A stretch of DNA of 62,800 bases, the filler included, from Octopus bimaculoides (Eukaryota): assembly GCF_001194135.2 (NCBI RefSeq). It is 10 parts of 8 records of this genome, joined end to end, with 100 filler letters (N's around TTAATTAATTAA, not from the genome) between each part and the next. Parts side by side here need not be neighbours in the genome. Positions count along the whole stretch, not along the records: positions 1 to 13,488 come from NC_068993.1; 9 more parts are not named here. The stretch is one strand, 5' to 3'. The position numbers and the translations under genes were made by a program. Below the pieces are notes generated by a model. That model made no database searches. It saw only the letters and a list, made by a program, of their open reading frames with translations, and was not told the origin of the DNA. How positions within the stretch are numbered: position 1 is the stretch's first letter; each line of letters opens with the position of its first letter. Of this stretch, positions 1-13,588 are shown one piece after another.

Positions 1-168
1 TATATACATATATATATACATACAAACACAGCCACATGCACTTTCACGTACGTACACACACACACACACACACACACATATGCTTGGGTTAGACAGCAGT
101 AGTGATGCTGATGCCCACTCTTTTATATTGTCTATCTCATATTCACTTACATCACTACCAATTTGTCT

Positions 169-209
<41 letters not shown>

Positions 210-3200
210 TGTGTCTCTGTATGCCTCACCACTTAATAAACGCTGTTGGCATCTTTGTTCTGTAAAAAAGATTTTGATAGCGTCAATAATCATAGTTTGA
301 AAGTAAGTTCTTGTACCTGGGTCTATTTGATGAACCAAAATCACTTCAAGCCTCAGCAGCAGAGTAGCTGAAAGCGGGGAAGAGACACAGACAGACGGAT
401 ACAGCAGGAATAAATGCTGAGATTAATAGGAAAAAAAAACAACAAAAAATATCAGTTTTAATTGTGTTTTTACGTGGGTGAGTGCATATGTTAATGGAGG
501 TGTAGTGTTTTTTTGTTGTTATTCCTTTGTGCTTTGTGTGCTGTTTTTATGCATATACGTACATTTTGTGCTTGTGCATAAGTGTCTGTATTTCTGTGTA
601 CGTATATGCATATGTCTGTCTCTGTTAGTATGTGTGTATATGTGACTGCACTACTGTGCGATTCCTATGCTGCTTGATGGAATTTAATTCCATTGGTTTG
701 GAACATTTACCAACATACGGTAACAGTTGAACGATCGAACAAAGAATTACAATATTTAATGCTATTAAGATCAGAAATGCGTACTGTGACTTAATAGTTG
801 CTCTTATTGATTGATTGTTGATCTTATTAAAACTGATTGGCTTCGATCAATTCGCAATTATCCTTGTAATCCGATTTAATTCAACCAAATATTTCCTTGC
901 TTTTGGGATTTACGTGACTTCCATTTCACTTTCTCCAAACAATGAGTTGATTCTAACAAATTCTTCTGTCAGGTAAAATCCTGTTGGTTAACGTTTTGAT
1001 TCTCATGAGTTCGTCTCTTATTTTCCACATATATATATATATATATACAGTATATTGTTTCGTGATAGAAAAGGCAAACATATATACATATATATAAAAG
1101 CAAATATGCATGTATATGCACATGTATATATGTATTCATGCACACGCATATACACATATATGTTGTCTTAATTTGGTATTATTATATCATGTTATATATT
1201 ACATTATTGTGTTAAAGTTATGTTATTGTGTCTCGTTATTGTTTATTTGCCCTTTCACAAAACATGTGGCTTTATATTTTAAATCTTTCAACTTCGTCTT
1301 GGCTTTTGCTCCACTATCCTACCGCCCCAATACCACGCAAATCGCCCGCTGTTGGTTAGGAATCCGTTATGTTTTATTTGCTGTCTTCTGTATTTTTTCA
1401 AACTTTGTAATATTTTAAGCCAAAATCTAGAGTAGCATCTGTCCGACACAAGAAGCACAATCTAAGGACGGGCGTAGGATTTTTCATGTATTAGCTATTT
1501 TCCTCGCTTTTCCTAGAGCCGTACTTTTTGCTATTTTCCGTAAGTTTGTTGTTCTAGCATTCTCTTCATTCTCTTGTTTTCGTCCTGTTCCACCTCTTCA
1601 TCATTATTATAATCATAATCTATTCTTCAAAATATTTCTCTTGAATTGAAGATTCTGTGCATGCTTTTATTTCTACAGCCATAGCAGTTACATTACTCCG
1701 CCTACCATCTAACTGACTTAAGTTATTGTTGCTCAGGAAGGGTAACAATAACACAACAAACAATATAATCTTGGTTTAAACGTCATGCTGTGTATTCGTT
1801 TCTAAACCCATGTGATTGATTGAAATATGTATTCTCGCATAATATATATAATTCCTTATATATAATATATATAACGAACTTTCTTCGAACGTTCAGAAAT
1901 TTACGTCAATCATTTTAAAAGATTGCCACATGGGCATGAAGGCACATTAGCTTAACCTATTACCTTCAAACTCTAAAATACACATAAAAATATAAAACGT
2001 CTTTTGAAGTTTTTCCTTTCAACTAAAACTTTCATAAGTAATACCTTTCTTGGACTCATATTATACATAACGATCCTATGTAGTATTTATGCTAAACTCC
2101 TATTACCCATAACATAACTCCGGATACGACTCGTATCTCTATCTGTGAAAGGAAAGATTAGAATGTCTAACCCTTGTGTGTACAGTTAACACTTCATGGC
2201 TTCATATGTAATTATATAGAAGAATTCACTGAGTAGTTGAATGTAAAATAAACGCTCTGACGATATTTATTCTTTGGTAGCTGAAAATGTTGCAGGTGAT
2301 ACATTAGGGAACTTATGCTGTCTCTGTATGTATATGTGTGAATAGATGGGTAAAAACAATAAATATTAGCTCGATTATGCAAATCTAAGACGCGTTACAC
2401 TGTATGTCAAAATCATTGAGATATTCAATCCCCAGCTGACGAAGGGAATGCACCGTAATGCGTATATGGGTATATACACATATATGCATGTATAAATATA
2501 TGTATATATATANNNNNNNNNNGTGTGTGTGTGTGTACATATTCGGTTGGAGCCTTCTGCTGCTACATAAAGCTTCACTAGTCTGGATTTGAGAAAAGTC
2601 ATAGATTCCTTGGCTAATTAAGCGAATAAATAGATGTATTGATTTAAAACCAAGAAATACAGCTCAGGAAAAAAAATGTGTAGCTAATTTCGTGGCCGAT
2701 TTATTGACTTTCTGATGAACTCACTCCATGCAGGACGTTCCCTTCACTCCTGAATTATGTATATACGCGTAGGATCACACCAATTTAGTGAGTAGGAAAC
2801 AGGAAAAGTAAGAGAGCCAGAGCGAGGCAGAGAGAGATTGAGCGAGAGGGAGAGAGAAAATGGGTGGGTAGGAGAGAGAGAAAAAGTATGTGCATATATT
2901 AAACTATTAAAGTTAATTTTTAGTCTATATTATGAAAAAAATTATAGTGATTATTGCAATAAGAGTTATAAATGTTTAAAAAATTCTTCAGTATCATCAC
3001 ACGTACATGTGTACGCTAACGTAAAATAGCCAAGCATATATATATATATANNNNNNNNNNNNNNNNNNNNNNNNNNNNNNNNNNNNNNNNNNNNNNNNNN
3101 NNNNNNNNNNNNNNNNNNNNNNNNNNNNNNNNNNNNNNNNNNNNNNNNNNNNNNNNNNNNNNNNNNNNNNNNNNNNNNNNNNNNNNNNNNNNNNNNNNNN

Positions 3201-3968
3201 NNNNNNNNNNNNNNNNNNNNNNNNNNNNNNNNNNNNNNNNNNNNNNNNNNNNNNNNNNNNNNNNNNNNNNNNNNNNNNNNNNNNNNNNNNNNNNNNNNNN
3301 NNNNNNNNNNNNNNNNNNNNNNNNNNNNNNNNNNNNNNNNNNNNNNNNNNNNNNNNNNNNNNNNNNNNNNNNNNNNNNNNNNNNNNNNNNNNNNNNNNNN
3401 NNNNNNNNNNNNNNNNNNNNNNNNNNNNNNNNNNNNNNNNNNNNNNNNNNNNNNNNNNNNNNNNNNNNNNNNNNNNNNNNNNNNNNNNNNNNNNNNNNNN
3501 NNNNNNNNNNNNNNNNNNNNNNNNNNNNNNNNNNNNNNNNNNNNNNNNNNNNNNNNNNNNNNNNNNNNNNNNNNNNNNNNNNNNNNNNNNNNNNNNNNNN
3601 NNNNNNNNNNNNNNNNNNNNNNNNNNNNNNNNNNNNNNNNNNNNNNNNNNNNNNNNNNNNNNNNNNNNNNNNNNNNNNNNNNNNNNNNNNNNNNNNNNNN
3701 NNNNNNNNNNNNNNNNNNNNNNNNNNNNNNNNNNNNNNNNNNNNNNNNNNNNNNNNNNNNNNNNNNNNNNNNNNNNNNNNNNNNNNNNNNNNNNNATAAG
3801 TATATATATGTATGTATATATGTATTTATATAAGTGTGTATATATATCTATATCTATATATATGTATATATGTATGGATATATATATGTATATGTATATA
3901 TACATTTATATATTTATGTATACATATAAATGTGTGTGTGTTTATATATATACATATCTATGTGTGTG

Positions 3969-4016
<48 letters not shown>

Positions 4017-4724
4017 TGTATGTATGTATGTATACACGCAGAAGCACACACACATACACACATATGTGTGTATATGAAAAGAAACGAAGGAGGGATGTAT
4101 AAGAGGAAATGTTCAAACTTAATTTCGCAGCTTGCAATGCATTTCGCATCAGTTTTAGGTAATGGATTAGTGCAATGAGAATAAAAAATTGGGTTAAACT
4201 GGTAGAAAAAAACCCCAGGAAAAGTACAAGTTGGAAAAATAAAGAGAAGAAAGATGAAAGCAAATGAAAAAGCAATATTTTGTGAGTAAATATATGAAAA
4301 ACTCAACATTCTGTTCATAATGGTTTTTCTATTTTAGCCATTCTCTATAAATTGAAATCGATGGTGCCGAAATAGTGTTGATATCAATTATATCCCAAAA
4401 TCTTTAATTGAAATAACTAAACTGTATTAGTAAGCAAATACCTTTTTTTGACACAATTCTGGATGGTTTTCCTCTTTAGTACATTAATTTCATATTCCTT
4501 TCCCCATTTCTTATTTTCATCTTCCTTCCTCGTCTTTTTCCGTTTATTTGATTTTTATTTATTTATCTATTTATTTATTTATATATTTATTTATTTATCC
4601 AATATTGTAACCACGTTTGTCTTCTTTACTGAATTGTTCATAAATAAAGTCATTGGAGATTATAATCTCTAATTTAACTATTATTCCGATTCCATCATTA
4701 AATTTACCGTAATAACCGTATATG

Positions 4725-4829
4725 CTGTCGTCGTCGTCGTCATCGTCATCACCGTCACCGCCACCACCAGCATCACCACCACTACCATCACCAACACCAT
4801 CACCCACCAACACCACTATCATCATCATC

Positions 4830-4876
<47 letters not shown>

Positions 4877-5085
4877 TAACGAAATACCATCACTATCATC
4901 ATTTTCTTCTCACTATTCTTACTCCATCATTTTCCTCCTCCTTCTTCACCTCCTCCTCCTTCTTCACCTCCTCCTCCTTCTTCACCTCCTCCTCCTTCTT
5001 CACCTCCTCCTCCTTCTTCACCTCCTCCTCCTTCTTCACCTCCTCCTCCCCTTCTTCCTCCTCCTCAACTTCCTCCTCCTCTTGC
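4725..5085. repeat. Compound trinucleotide microsatellite (TCG/CAC/CAT) followed by an 18-bp pyrimidine minisatellite
   Basis: (CAT)n at ~4820-4875; unit CTCCTCCTCCTTCTTCAC x6 at 4933-5050. Confidence 0.95.
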
Positions 5086-5230
5086 TGCTTCTTATCATTG
5101 TCATAAACATCATCTTCACCTGCTTCAATTTTCAGAAATCAATTTTTTTTGTAGTGCTTTTAGATATGGTGTTCTATTTTCTTTTTATCTTAGATTCAAT
5201 TTGTCTCATTGGGAAAGAATGACTACCTCT

Positions 5231-5670
5231 GCCTGGTCACTAGATCTGCTAGAAGTAGCAGCCATATCTCTATCGACTCAGCTCCTGCAGTCTTCCTGAG
5301 AAGGACACACTCAATAACGTTGTTATAGACGTGCTCTTTTCCAGAGTAATAAAAGTAATCTAGATTAAAATGCTTCTGATAAGGGTTGAGTGATTAATGC
5401 ATGTCAAGATCGCATAATCCCTTCAAAAACACTAGAAACATCAGGTTAGAGGCAGAGTTACCTATACGTGGTCACATAAGGAGATAGAAATAGAACTAGC
5501 AGAATCTCATTCAGATATTATCCTAATGATTTAAGAAGAACGCGTTGGATCATATGGTCAAAGACACTTGTACATTGAAAAGTAATGAAATGATCATTGC
5601 TGGAATGCGCCTATCATAATTCTGCTCGGTCAGAGCTGACCTTCGGCTTATCAGCATCAGTAACAATAAG
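5231..5670 (+). mobile_element. Degenerate copies of an unclassified interspersed repeat
   Basis: Motifs gtcactaga..ctagaa(a/g)tagcagcca and g(c/t)tggaatgc recur at 12746-12895 (+); gctgctatttctagtag recurs at ~55040 (-). Confidence 0.45.
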
Positions 5671-6039
5671 AATAATAATAGTGTATTAAATAATCAACAT
5701 GTGAGGGATGAAAGTTATATTTGTTACTATTTTTAACACTATGTTTTACATTCCTGACTTTTTGAACATTGAAAACAGAAGGGAGAGAAATTAAACGCGT
5801 TTTCTATCAGTTGGCCACTCATCCAAAATATACAGATTCATTGTATTGATGCATTCCTGTAGATTAACGAAAAAAAAAAGAAAAGTCTATATACCCAGTA
5901 TATAACCGATACTTAGATCATCTCCGTGTATACAAACCTCAACTTCGTTCCTATTTGAACTTAGATCATTGATATATTGCAAACTTTTAGTGTTTTTACC
6001 TACTGCATCCTAAAACTAATAGTGACTCCGTCCTAAAAA

Positions 6040-6850
6040 TAATACCGGCCGACTCTACCCACCAAGAAAAGAAGTGGCAGAGGATCAAAGAAAGAATACT
6101 ACCAGCAGCCAAGAGTTACCGCAAAAATGATTGAATTCAAAGTTGAATTCAAAGAGAAAAGGAAGAAAAACAGAACAAACAAATGGAAGGAAATTGAACT
6201 ACAAGGCTAATTCATGGAACAAACCAAGAATGTTGGAGGTAAAAATCGCAGATCACATTGGTGATCGGTACTTGAAACCCAAATTATAGCCGCTCAGGAA
6301 AAAAATAACCCTTACAATGAATCTGATAAAATCAAATAACTACAAAACTCAATCAGAGAGCAAATGTAGAATTTGCAAGAGAGGTGACGACAGTATCAGA
6401 AACCTTTTAAGCGAGTGTAGTATACTAGCAAAAGCAAGTAGTACAAGGGAAAACATGACTGTGTTTGCAAAAGAATGCATCGGTGTTCTAGCCAAGTGTG
6501 TGACTTTAAAACAGCAGAAAAGTTGCATGAACATGGTCTAGAGGCTGTGAAAGAAAAAGGAAATTACAAGATGTTATGCAAGACGAGGAAATTACAAGAT
6601 ATTATGCAAGACGACCAATCTTGATTATAGAGGACAAAATAAGAAAACTGTGTAATCATAGATTTTGTAATTACCTCTGATAGCAGAACCGGTAGCAAAG
6701 AAAAACATTGAGATATATCAGGATGTAGCAGCGAGCTGAGGATCGTGTGGAAGTCTAAGCCAACAATTATTGCTGTGGTAATTGCGGCACTTATCACAAC
6801 TCCCAAAAATGCTAACACTTTCCATCATACCCAGCAAAATAAGCTGAGAG
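6040..6850 (+). mobile_element. Old R4/Dong-like RLE non-LTR retrotransposon fragment (thumb, CCHC knuckle, RLE), pseudogenised
   Basis: Frameshifted LYPPRKE..RG, LETQIIAAQE, SKCRICKRGDDSIRNLLSECSILAK, IIDFVITSD, IIAVVIAAL; 28-bp tandem duplication at ~6558-6613. Confidence 0.8.
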
Positions 6851-6864
6851 TTTTNNNNNNNNNN

Positions 6865-6953
<89 letters not shown>
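6865..6953. repeat. (TAA)n(TGA)n microsatellite directly 5' of the retrotransposon fragment
   Basis: Direct reading; source of the spurious poly-Met start of ORF 6909-7442. Confidence 0.97.
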
Positions 6954-6955
<2 letters not shown>

Positions 6956-7582
6956 AGTTGGCTGCTCAGTCCTGGCTAAGAAGGGATATATTCACAGACA
7001 CGACAGAGCTGGAACCTATATACACTGGAAGCTATGCCAACACTATGGAATAACAACAGAAAAAAGATGGTACAAGCACACGCCAGAAAACGTCACAGAA
7101 AACGAGAAAGGAACCATACTCTGGGATATGCCAATACACACAGATAGAGAAATTAAGGCAAATAGACCAGATATAGTTGTCAAAGATCATGAAGAAAAAA
7201 AATGCTTTCTAATTGATGTATCAATACCAGCAGATGACAACGTTTCTTTAAAAGAAATGGAAAAACTTTCAAAATATAAAGACCTGGAAATAGAAATTAC
7301 TCGAATGTGGAATCTAAAAACAGAAACAATTCCTATCATAGTAGGTACCTTAGGTATAATAAAAAAAATATACAGACAAATACATAACAAAAAACACAAG
7401 GACTTACAAATATATATAACATACAGAAAATTGCACTACTAGGCACTACACACATCCTACGCAAAACACTTTCAATACAGTAACCATAAGAGCATCACAG
7501 CAAACCACAGCACATACCCAAGGCGCACAGAGCTGCGCTCGGTAGTGAAGTGAAAGCACGTTATAAAAATAAAACTACTGAA
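6954..7582 (+). mobile_element. 5'-truncated young R4/Dong-like retrotransposon: RLE domain, 3' UTR, (AAT)n tail
   Basis: GCSVLAKKGYIHRHDRAGTYIHWKLC..WYKHTPENVTENEKGTILWDMPIHTDREIKANRPDIVVKDHEEKKCFLIDVSIPAD..EKLSKYKDL (PD..D..K RLE motif); one frameshift near 7365; near-identical 3' end at 41575-41864 (-). Confidence 0.92.
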
Positions 7583-7679
7583 CAATAATAATAATAATAT
7601 CGATTATGTTATTGCTGTTGCTGATAATAATGAGGTATGGAATAATAACTTAGTAGCAAACACTAAAGGAGAAGAAAGC

Positions 7680-7680
7680 A

Positions 7681-7744
<64 letters not shown>

Positions 7745-7830
7745 TGTTGTTGTTGTTGTTGTTCTTGTTCTTGTTGTAGTAGTGGTGGTGATGGTGGTGG
7801 CAGTTGTGGTCGTGATGTGGTGGTAGTGAT
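7680..7830. repeat. (TAG)n/(GTT)n/(GGT)n compound microsatellite
   Basis: Direct reading. Confidence 0.95.
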
Positions 7831-9736
7831 AAAAGAATGAGATGAAGTTGTAGACGATTGTGTTGATAGTGAATGACAACATTAATAACTACAATATCAT
7901 TATCAACAATAGCAACGAATTTGATTCTAAACATTTTACAATGTGCTTGCTTCAATTACAATGAAAGAATAGTCTAGATTTCATATTTTAATCTATGTAC
8001 ACATCATATAAAAGCAAAACACCCTCTTCTGCCTACTGAACGGAATTCTATAAAAGAAACTTAAATATTATATTTCAATAATAATTTATACTCAATAATG
8101 TGATTTGTCTTTTAATACGAAAATTATTTTTAGTACAGGATTTTATATTATATTGAAGTTGAAATTTATTGAATAAATGTGGTGATTTGAGCAGTCTAGA
8201 ATTTGAGCAGTCTAGAAGCCGGTGAAAAGTTCTACGTAACGTAGGTTAAAAGGTGATTCATTGAAAGACTTAGGTAAAAATTTCTCAGTTAATTGACTGT
8301 TCTTACACAATTAGAGATAGAAAATAAAAGCCAATGTGCAAATGTTACGTATGGAAAAAAATGTTTTGGCCCATAGGAATTGCAAAATTTGAAAATATAA
8401 GTGAATTTGTAGCACTTTTTCTACATGTAGAAATCTGTAGCCAATTGATCAAACAGGCTTGGGTAATATTTGCTATGTTGATTATCTGTCGTCAGTCGTC
8501 GCAACAGTTACTTACGCAACAATGACTTACGGCTTTGACACGATTTGATCAGCTTTTTCCATACTGGTCACTTTTCCCTTGAGTTTGCCATTTTTCATGA
8601 TTATTTCCTATCCACTTGATATTCTTTTGCGCAGGATGTTTGAATCTCAGTGAAATTCTTCCATCGCCTTGTCGCCTTGTACAGTTGGGTGTAAATGAGT
8701 TGACCGGAGGAGTCTACTGTTACCTATCATGTGTATGTTTCCCAACAATTATAAATTTCTGTCAATGAGAATTGCCATCTTAGGAGGTACACCAGCACGC
8801 TTAGGATCTCATCATTCATGATTTGTCAGAGAGAGTGATATTCATAATTTGTCGCAAACAAAGATATGATCTCCCATATGCAAATAAATTAATTGATTTT
8901 ATGCAATTAATTTCTCCACATTTTCATTCAGAATCATTAGCAGATGAGGCAAGCCGTTTTTCTACAGCTAAGAGGGAAAATTCAATTAAGAGATCGTTTA
9001 ATGAGTACATCACTCAGTATGTCCTACCTTAACTTATTCAAGGAGATTTATAACGTTGGCTCACTCAGGTTATTACATTTATTTCATTTATTTCATTTAT
9101 GTGATGAATTGTTTTTGGTAAATTTCCACTCTGAAAGAGAATCTTACTGAAAGGCGTAACAGGGTTCAATTAAATCAGCTGTTTTCTCCCTGTGGAATAT
9201 TAACGCCTTATACCAATGTACGAATTAATCATTACTGTAACAAGATTAAGCCATATCAAACAAGAGATAATTTAGGGAAAGCTGGGACTACTGCATATTC
9301 ATTCTGATTGCGAGTGATTCCCGTTTTGATTCTTCTAGAAATATATGGCCATGTTCCAAACCAAACAGTGCTGAAAAATTGCAATATGTAATATAATCAA
9401 TAATGTAATAAGAACGACAGTGCAATGTTCATCTTCTCACTGCCCCACCACGAAGCAGTAATAGCACACAGCTTTCTCAATCAATACGTATGTATATATG
9501 TTATTTAATGTATAATGGAATAAAATCAAAGCTACTAATAATTTCTTGCTATTGAGACACATTGGTTAGGCGAATTTTTATAGCGTGTCCTGCGTCACCA
9601 AGAACTCTAAGGCTCCGAGAAAATGAACCACCATTGAAAATAGAACGAGAAAAAAATGAGAACAATGATGCAAAAAGGGGAATGGGAAGATAAAGGTTGA
9701 ATAAAAGCGGATCAATAAACTCTCTCTCTGTATATA

Positions 9737-10080
9737 GATGTGGTGTGTGTGTGTGTGTATGTGTGTGCGTGCGTGCATGTGTGCGTGTGTGCGTGTGTGC
9801 GTGTGCGTGTGTGTGTGCATGCGTGGGTGTATATGTATATATATGTATATATATATGTATATATGTATATATATGTGTATATATATATATGTATATATAG
9901 GTGTTTTTTTCTTCCCTTCTTTCTTTCAGCCCTTCACTATTACTTCGTTCTTACCACTCTTCTTTCTTTCGTTCCCCCTCTCTCACATTTCTTGGCTTTC
10001 TCTTCATTCTCACCTTGCCTACTCTTTCACTTCACACTGTCCCTGCTCTTTTTCTCGCCCCTCATTAATTCTTCTATCCC

Positions 10081-10135
<55 letters not shown>
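9737..10135. repeat. (GT)n/(TA)n tracts (9737-9899) and (CT)n tract (10083-10135)
   Basis: Direct reading. Confidence 0.95.
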
Positions 10136-10136
<1 letters not shown>

Positions 10137-11125
10137 CACGTGAAAGGTGCTCGGCCAAGCCTGGCCATTTTTCTTGGTTCAACTACCTTCCGTGCAACAT
10201 CTATATTCCTACCTATGCCTGTCATATCTTACGTCCCTGCCGTAAGGCTTTACTTCCACACACGCCAGCTTAACTTAATTGTCCTTAGTCGAAAGACACC
10301 TGTTGTTAATGTCCACCACTTGCTTTTGTATTTGTGTACCATTCCTCGGTTTTTTTTTTCCGTCCTTGTTTTCGTATACATTCGCTGCTTTCTTTCAAGC
10401 AATATAGTGCTCTTAGCTTAGTTTTGCCTTGGGGCTGGCCAGAATAGAGCAATCTCGAGTATAACCAACCAAAATTGCAAAGATAATTTGGAACTCGACT
10501 AAAGAAAGAAAACTCCGAATGACCTGTCCCTGTTTTTTTTTGTATCATCTGTCTGGATGTTTTGCCTCCTTGTACCATTATTGGTATTCCCTAATATATA
10601 TATNNNNNNNNNNNNNNNNNNNNNNNNNNNNNNNNNNNNNNNNNNNNNNNNNNNNNNNNNNNNNNNNNNNNNNNNNNNNNNNNNNNNNNNNNNNNNNNNN
10701 NNNNNNNNNNNNNNNNNNNNNNNNNNNNNNNNNNNNNNNNNNNNNNNNNNNNNNNNNNNNNNNNNNNNNNNNNNNNNNNNNNNNNNNNNNNNNNNNNNNN
10801 NNNNNNNNNNNNNNNNNNNNNNNNNNNNNNNNNNNNNNNNNNNNNNNNNNNNNNNNNNNNNNNNNNNNNNNNNNNNNNNNNNNNNNNNNNNNNNNNNNNN
10901 NNNNNNNNNNNNNNNNNNNNNNNNNNNNNNNNNNNNNNNNNNNNNNNNNNNNNNNNNNNNNNNNNNNNNNNNNNNNNNNNNNNNNNNNNNNNNNNNNNNN
11001 NNNNNNNNNNNNNNNNNNNNNNNNNNNNNNNNNNNNNNNNNNNNNNNNNNNNNNNNNNNNNNNNNNNNNNNNNNNNNNNNNNNNNNNNNNNNNNNNNNNN
11101 NNNNNNNNNNGTATATACATATGTA

Positions 11126-11210
<85 letters not shown>

Positions 11211-11623
11211 GTGTGTGCGTGTGTACCACTCATTAATTAATACCCACATGAATATCATAACTTCACATATCTTTACAACTCAAATATTTTGTGCGTGTGT
11301 AGCATACAGCTGTCAATCTAGTCATTCTAACCCTGTTACAAACTTTATCTTGTTTGGTGGAAATAACCGATATAAGAACAGATTTAATAACTGTAGCCTT
11401 TGAGAATGCGATTCGATTATTTTTCTCTAACCTACACTGACCCACTCTTATTTGTACAGTTGAAAGGAAAATAAAGTTCTTGACCCGATATTAATTCTCT
11501 GGAGAAATATACTTATTTCAAATTTCTTTGCTTCTCTAAATATTTTCTAGAAACTAAAAGTATTATTTCGTTTTTGGATTTGGTTTGCAAGATTCTTTAT
11601 GTGAGTTCGTGTGTTGAAGCGTA

Positions 11624-11897
11624 TTCTGTGTTGTCTGGGGAGTGTCATTCTCTTTTAGTGCCTTATAATTTAGCACACTCACTGGTAAAATTTACACTTG
11701 TTTCTTTTTTTATCTTTCTAAAATTTTCGTTGCGTCTTGCAACCTTTTCAATAGTTTTGACTCAAAACTATTCAAAAGGTTGCAAGACGTAACGAAAATT
11801 TTAGAAAAATTAGAAAAAGAAATAAGTGGAAATTTCACCGGCGAGTGTTAAATTATAAGGCACTAAAAGAAAATGACTCTCCCCAGACACAACAGAA
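11624..11897. repeat. ~275-bp imperfect palindrome (fold-back / MITE-like)
   Basis: Left arm ttctgtgttgtctgggga..caatagttttga (11624-11760) is the reverse complement of tcaaaactattc..ccccagacacaacagaa (11762-11897), with a 1-nt centre. Confidence 0.9.
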
Positions 11898-11924
11898 AAG
11901 TATTATTCGTTTATCAATATCTTT

Positions 11925-12398
11925 AATCGACTGGCCACCTCCCCCAAAATGTCAGCCCTTGTACCTAGAGCTGGCAGAAACGTTATCACGCCGGGCGAAA
12001 ATGCTTTGCGGTATTTCATCTGTCTTTAAGTTCTAATTCCGCCGAGGTCAACTTCTCCTTTCATCATTTCGGGGTCGGTAAGTTAAGTACCAGTTGCCTA
12101 CTAGAGTCGATCTAATCGACTGGCCTCCTCCCCAAAAGTTTCGGGTCTCAAATTTTATGCTTAATCTCAGTTTTATTTTTTACTGTCAGTGTAAACCATT
12201 TCGTAATATTTCCATGATTATGAGGAGGCAAAATGTTTATCGGAATTTCGTCTGCATGTACGTTCCGAGTTCAAATTCCACTGAGGTCGACTTTGCTTTT
12301 CATCCTTTCAGAGTTCATAAAACGAGATCCTGGGTCGATGTAATTGATATAGCCCTTCCCCGAAACCGCTGATTTTGTGCCAAAATTTGAAACCAGTA
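11925..12398 (+). mobile_element. Tandem tRNA-headed SINE family A copies
   Basis: gagctggcagaaacgtt head; gagttcaaattcc B-box-like motif in the second copy; gtcgactttgc(c/t)tttcatcctttc body. Confidence 0.85.
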
Positions 12399-12959
12399 TT
12401 TCCCAAATTGTTCATTTGACAGAAAAAAAAAGTTTCGGCCCATTAGCATCTGTTGGTCTCCACACTACCAACCGGCTTGACATAGTATTCAAAATTCCCT
12501 GAAAGGAAGAACCGGTTAGATAACTAATTCTCGATACACTGTCTAAAATAAAGATGAAATGATTCCGTTGAAACACCATCGGTCCTATATATACTCATTC
12601 ACAGAGCACTTGTTGCTAAACAAGAACGACAACTGCAAATTAGAGTTTGGAATAAAAATACCAGATTCCCCTTCATCTTAGTGATTTAAAAAAAAAATTA
12701 ACACCTATCATCATCATTAGTTATTATCAGATCCAACGAGAGGACGTCACTAGAACTACTAGAAATAGCAGCCAAGACCCCACCCATCAAATTACATTCA
12801 ACCATATCAGAAAAAAGGTACACTGGATTGTAGGGTCATGGTTCCTTGCACACGCGAGAAAGGCGGGATGGTCATAGTTGGAATGCCTATATTCGTATAG
12901 CTGCTACGCGAGAGCTATACAGGTACAAAACAACAATGACTAACTACATCAAGCATGGC

Positions 12960-13488
12960 GTCAATACTATCCTCCTCCTCATCATCATCATCATCGTCAT
13001 CATCATTATTATCATCATCAACTTCATCATCATCATCATCATCAACATCATCATAAACATCATTCCTATAATTATTCACATTGTTCTTGTACAAATAATT
13101 ATTCCTGTAGTCATCGTCATAATCTGTAACATCACATTGCGTTCCCACCGCCTTTGTGTCTCTCTCACCACTCTACTAAACATACCATCCCATGGCTTTA
13201 ATTATAAAGATCTGAACGTAATCATCACGATATTAGCAACGTTCCTACAACCATTACTTCATTTATTACATCACTACCACTGTTGTGATCTTCGTCTTCA
13301 ATATTAAGATCGTTAATATTTTAGCCATCGTCATCAAAATCATCATCAAAATGATGATAATTATCATCGTCCTTATAGATATCATGAACATTCATTCTCT
13401 TTCCTCGTCACAATAATTATCATGATTCATATCGCCACCGTCGTCGTCGTCATCACCACCACCACCACCACCACCACCACCACCACCA
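12960..13488. repeat. Degenerate (CAT)n/(CAC)n trinucleotide region
   Basis: Direct reading. Confidence 0.9.
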
Positions 13489-13588
13489 NNNNNNNNNNNN
13501 NNNNNNNNNNNNNNNNNNNNNNNNNNNNNNNNTTAATTAATTAANNNNNNNNNNNNNNNNNNNNNNNNNNNNNNNNNNNNNNNNNNNN
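13489..13588. other. Artificial scaffold spacer N44-TTAATTAATTAA-N44; identical spacers at 19620, 29120, 31909, 35151, 41865, 44311, 52752, 60069
   Basis: Nine identical 100-bp blocks; the palindromic 12-mer puts stop codons in all six frames. Confidence 0.97.

Noticed and set aside
8531-8598. Minus-strand MKNGKLKGKVTSMEKADQIVSK followed by gtaagt
   Set aside because: Too short, no partner exon or homology; expected by chance
13533-13544. TTAATTAATTAA as recurrent homeodomain or PacI sites
   Set aside because: Always centred in exactly 44+44 N; an assembly spacer
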